A stretch of 64,000 nt of DNA. It comes from an uncultured virus (IMG/VR IMGVR_UViG_3300048503_000010). Its lineage: Duplodnaviria > Heunggongvirae > Uroviricota > Caudoviricetes. The notes under the pieces were generated by a model that made no database searches, was not told where the DNA came from, and worked only from the letters and a program-made list of their open reading frames with translations. The DNA is taken from positions 1 through 64,000 of the IMG/VR virus record IMGVR_UViG_3300048503_000010. One strand, given 5' to 3'. The translations under genes and the position numbers were made by a program. Shown here piece after piece: positions 62,655 to 64,000 of the stretch. The first letter of the stretch is position 1. Every line of letters begins with the position of its first letter.

Positions 62655-63697
62655 AGTATGGTCCAAGAATAAATCGGCGTTTACTGAAGTCATGGGCGAT
62701 CCCTATGCTAAGCCTGACCCAATAGAAGGACAATATTCATACCTGAAAAACAGAAGTTCTATTTCAGTTGCCAGCAAAGAAGAAGCACCGTCTGTATCTA
62801 TTAACGAAGCAAGGCCAAGTGTAGTTGATTTCTTCTGCGATGTGGAGGCAGCAATAATTGATGGTATGCTTATATTTGCAAGAAGCTGGAGAGAACCGGA
62901 TGAATGCCTTTTTGTATTCCATACTACTTATATTACTGAGGACGATAATTACTACAAATTCGACCAAGGAGAGCGCAACAAAATAGAACAAATTATTGGA
63001 CGAATCTTTAGAGAAAGAGACATATCTCCTGTAAGAAAGTATTTTTCGGCAATACGACGTAAACGTGATTAACAAAGAAAGGAACAAAATGGAAGTAATT
63101 AAGAAGACTGTGATTAAGAACGGACTTGAAGCTGCACTAGAAGAGATCAACTCTGCACGAAGCCCGCAAGAGAAGATCATGTTGCTCCAGAAGCACGGAC
63201 TCATGGACCCTATCCTAACCCCAGAAGAGGTTGAACTATGCAGCCAGAGCTAGAACAGGTAGACGTTGTTGACAACACTTTAACAACAACCGTTGAGACA
63301 GAGTACCCTAGCTATGACATCATAGATAGCGATGGGACTGTACTTGAAAAAGCCGAACCTGCTCCTCTACGTCCTCCTATCAAGCTATCAAGAGCGATGA
63401 TAGGAAAGATTCGCAAGAAGCAAATCACTGTACATAACCCACGGGCGCAGGGATGTCATCATAAGCTTGATTTAAAGAGCCAACCTAAGCACAGGAATTG
63501 TGAACATTGTTGGTGGGCATGGTTTCAGAACAATGGAGAAATGGTTAAAACGGCTGATGAAGTCTTTCAAAATGGGCATCCTGAGTTGATTGTTCAATTG
63601 CAGGGAGAAGTATTCTACAAGAACTTTTTGAAGTTCATGAGCACTGTGGCACGTCTTAAGGATTTAGAAAAACCAATTGAGGAAGCAAAGGAACCTA

Positions 63698-64000
63698 ATG
63701 AGTAAAGGATTAATGGACCTTGCAGCAGTTCTAGGGGAGCCTGAAGTTAAGGCTCCTGTTGCTGTATCTAAGAAGAAAGAGCCTGAAAAAACTCTGAGTA
63801 AGGAAGATAAGTTTGCTACACTAAGAGCAGTAGAAAAAGCTTTAAACAAGCAATTTGACACAACTATGTCAATTGTAAGACTTGGGGATCGAGTTGGAGT
63901 TCCCATTCCTAGCATTAGTACCGGTTTGCCCAGTCTAGACTATGATGTACTAGGTTGCGGCGGTATCCCCAGAGGAAGAATAATAGAAGTCTACGGAGTA
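63698..64000 (+). CDS. recA: RecA/UvsX recombinase, N-terminal part (runs off the window)
   Basis: ISTGLPSLD...LGCGGIPRGRIIEVYG. Confidence 0.9.
   Translation, partial: MSKGLMDLAAVLGEPEVKAPVAVSKKKEPEKTLSKEDKFATLRAVEKALNKQFDTTMSIVRLGDRVGVPIPSISTGLPSLDYDVLGCGGIPRGRIIEVYGV

Overview
Partial genome of a lytic tailed dsDNA phage. The first 25 nt are a library amplification adapter, and the many single-base indels suggest an imperfect long-read consensus. The minus strand (about 0.1-21.5 kb) carries the virion and packaging genes: tail/adaptor genes, a major capsid gene split by two group I introns with LAGLIDADG endonucleases, scaffold, portal, a GIY-YIG endonuclease, large terminase, a phosphatase, a JAB protein and a TnpB remnant. 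The plus strand (about 22-64 kb) carries PolA, a circularly permuted two-piece tmRNA with an unusually long tag, 7 tRNAs and two phosphoesterases. A motif-rich non-coding stretch (31-32.3 kb) is followed by an AAA-ATPase/DUF1257/DUF2997/DUF3150-like operon and a 61-bp two-variant tandem array. Next come five paralogous LRR genes, each behind the same promoter/RBS module, whose 63-bp repeats vary almost only at predicted binding-face codons. The window ends with recombination, RNA-repair and replication genes (tyrosine recombinase, exonuclease, SSB, two RNA ligases, helicase, primase-helicase, Endo VII, RecA). The best candidate for a new system is the shuffled, hypervariable LRR cassette family. 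An Acidobacteriota host is only a weak inference. Domain names are recognised from motifs by eye, not from database searches.
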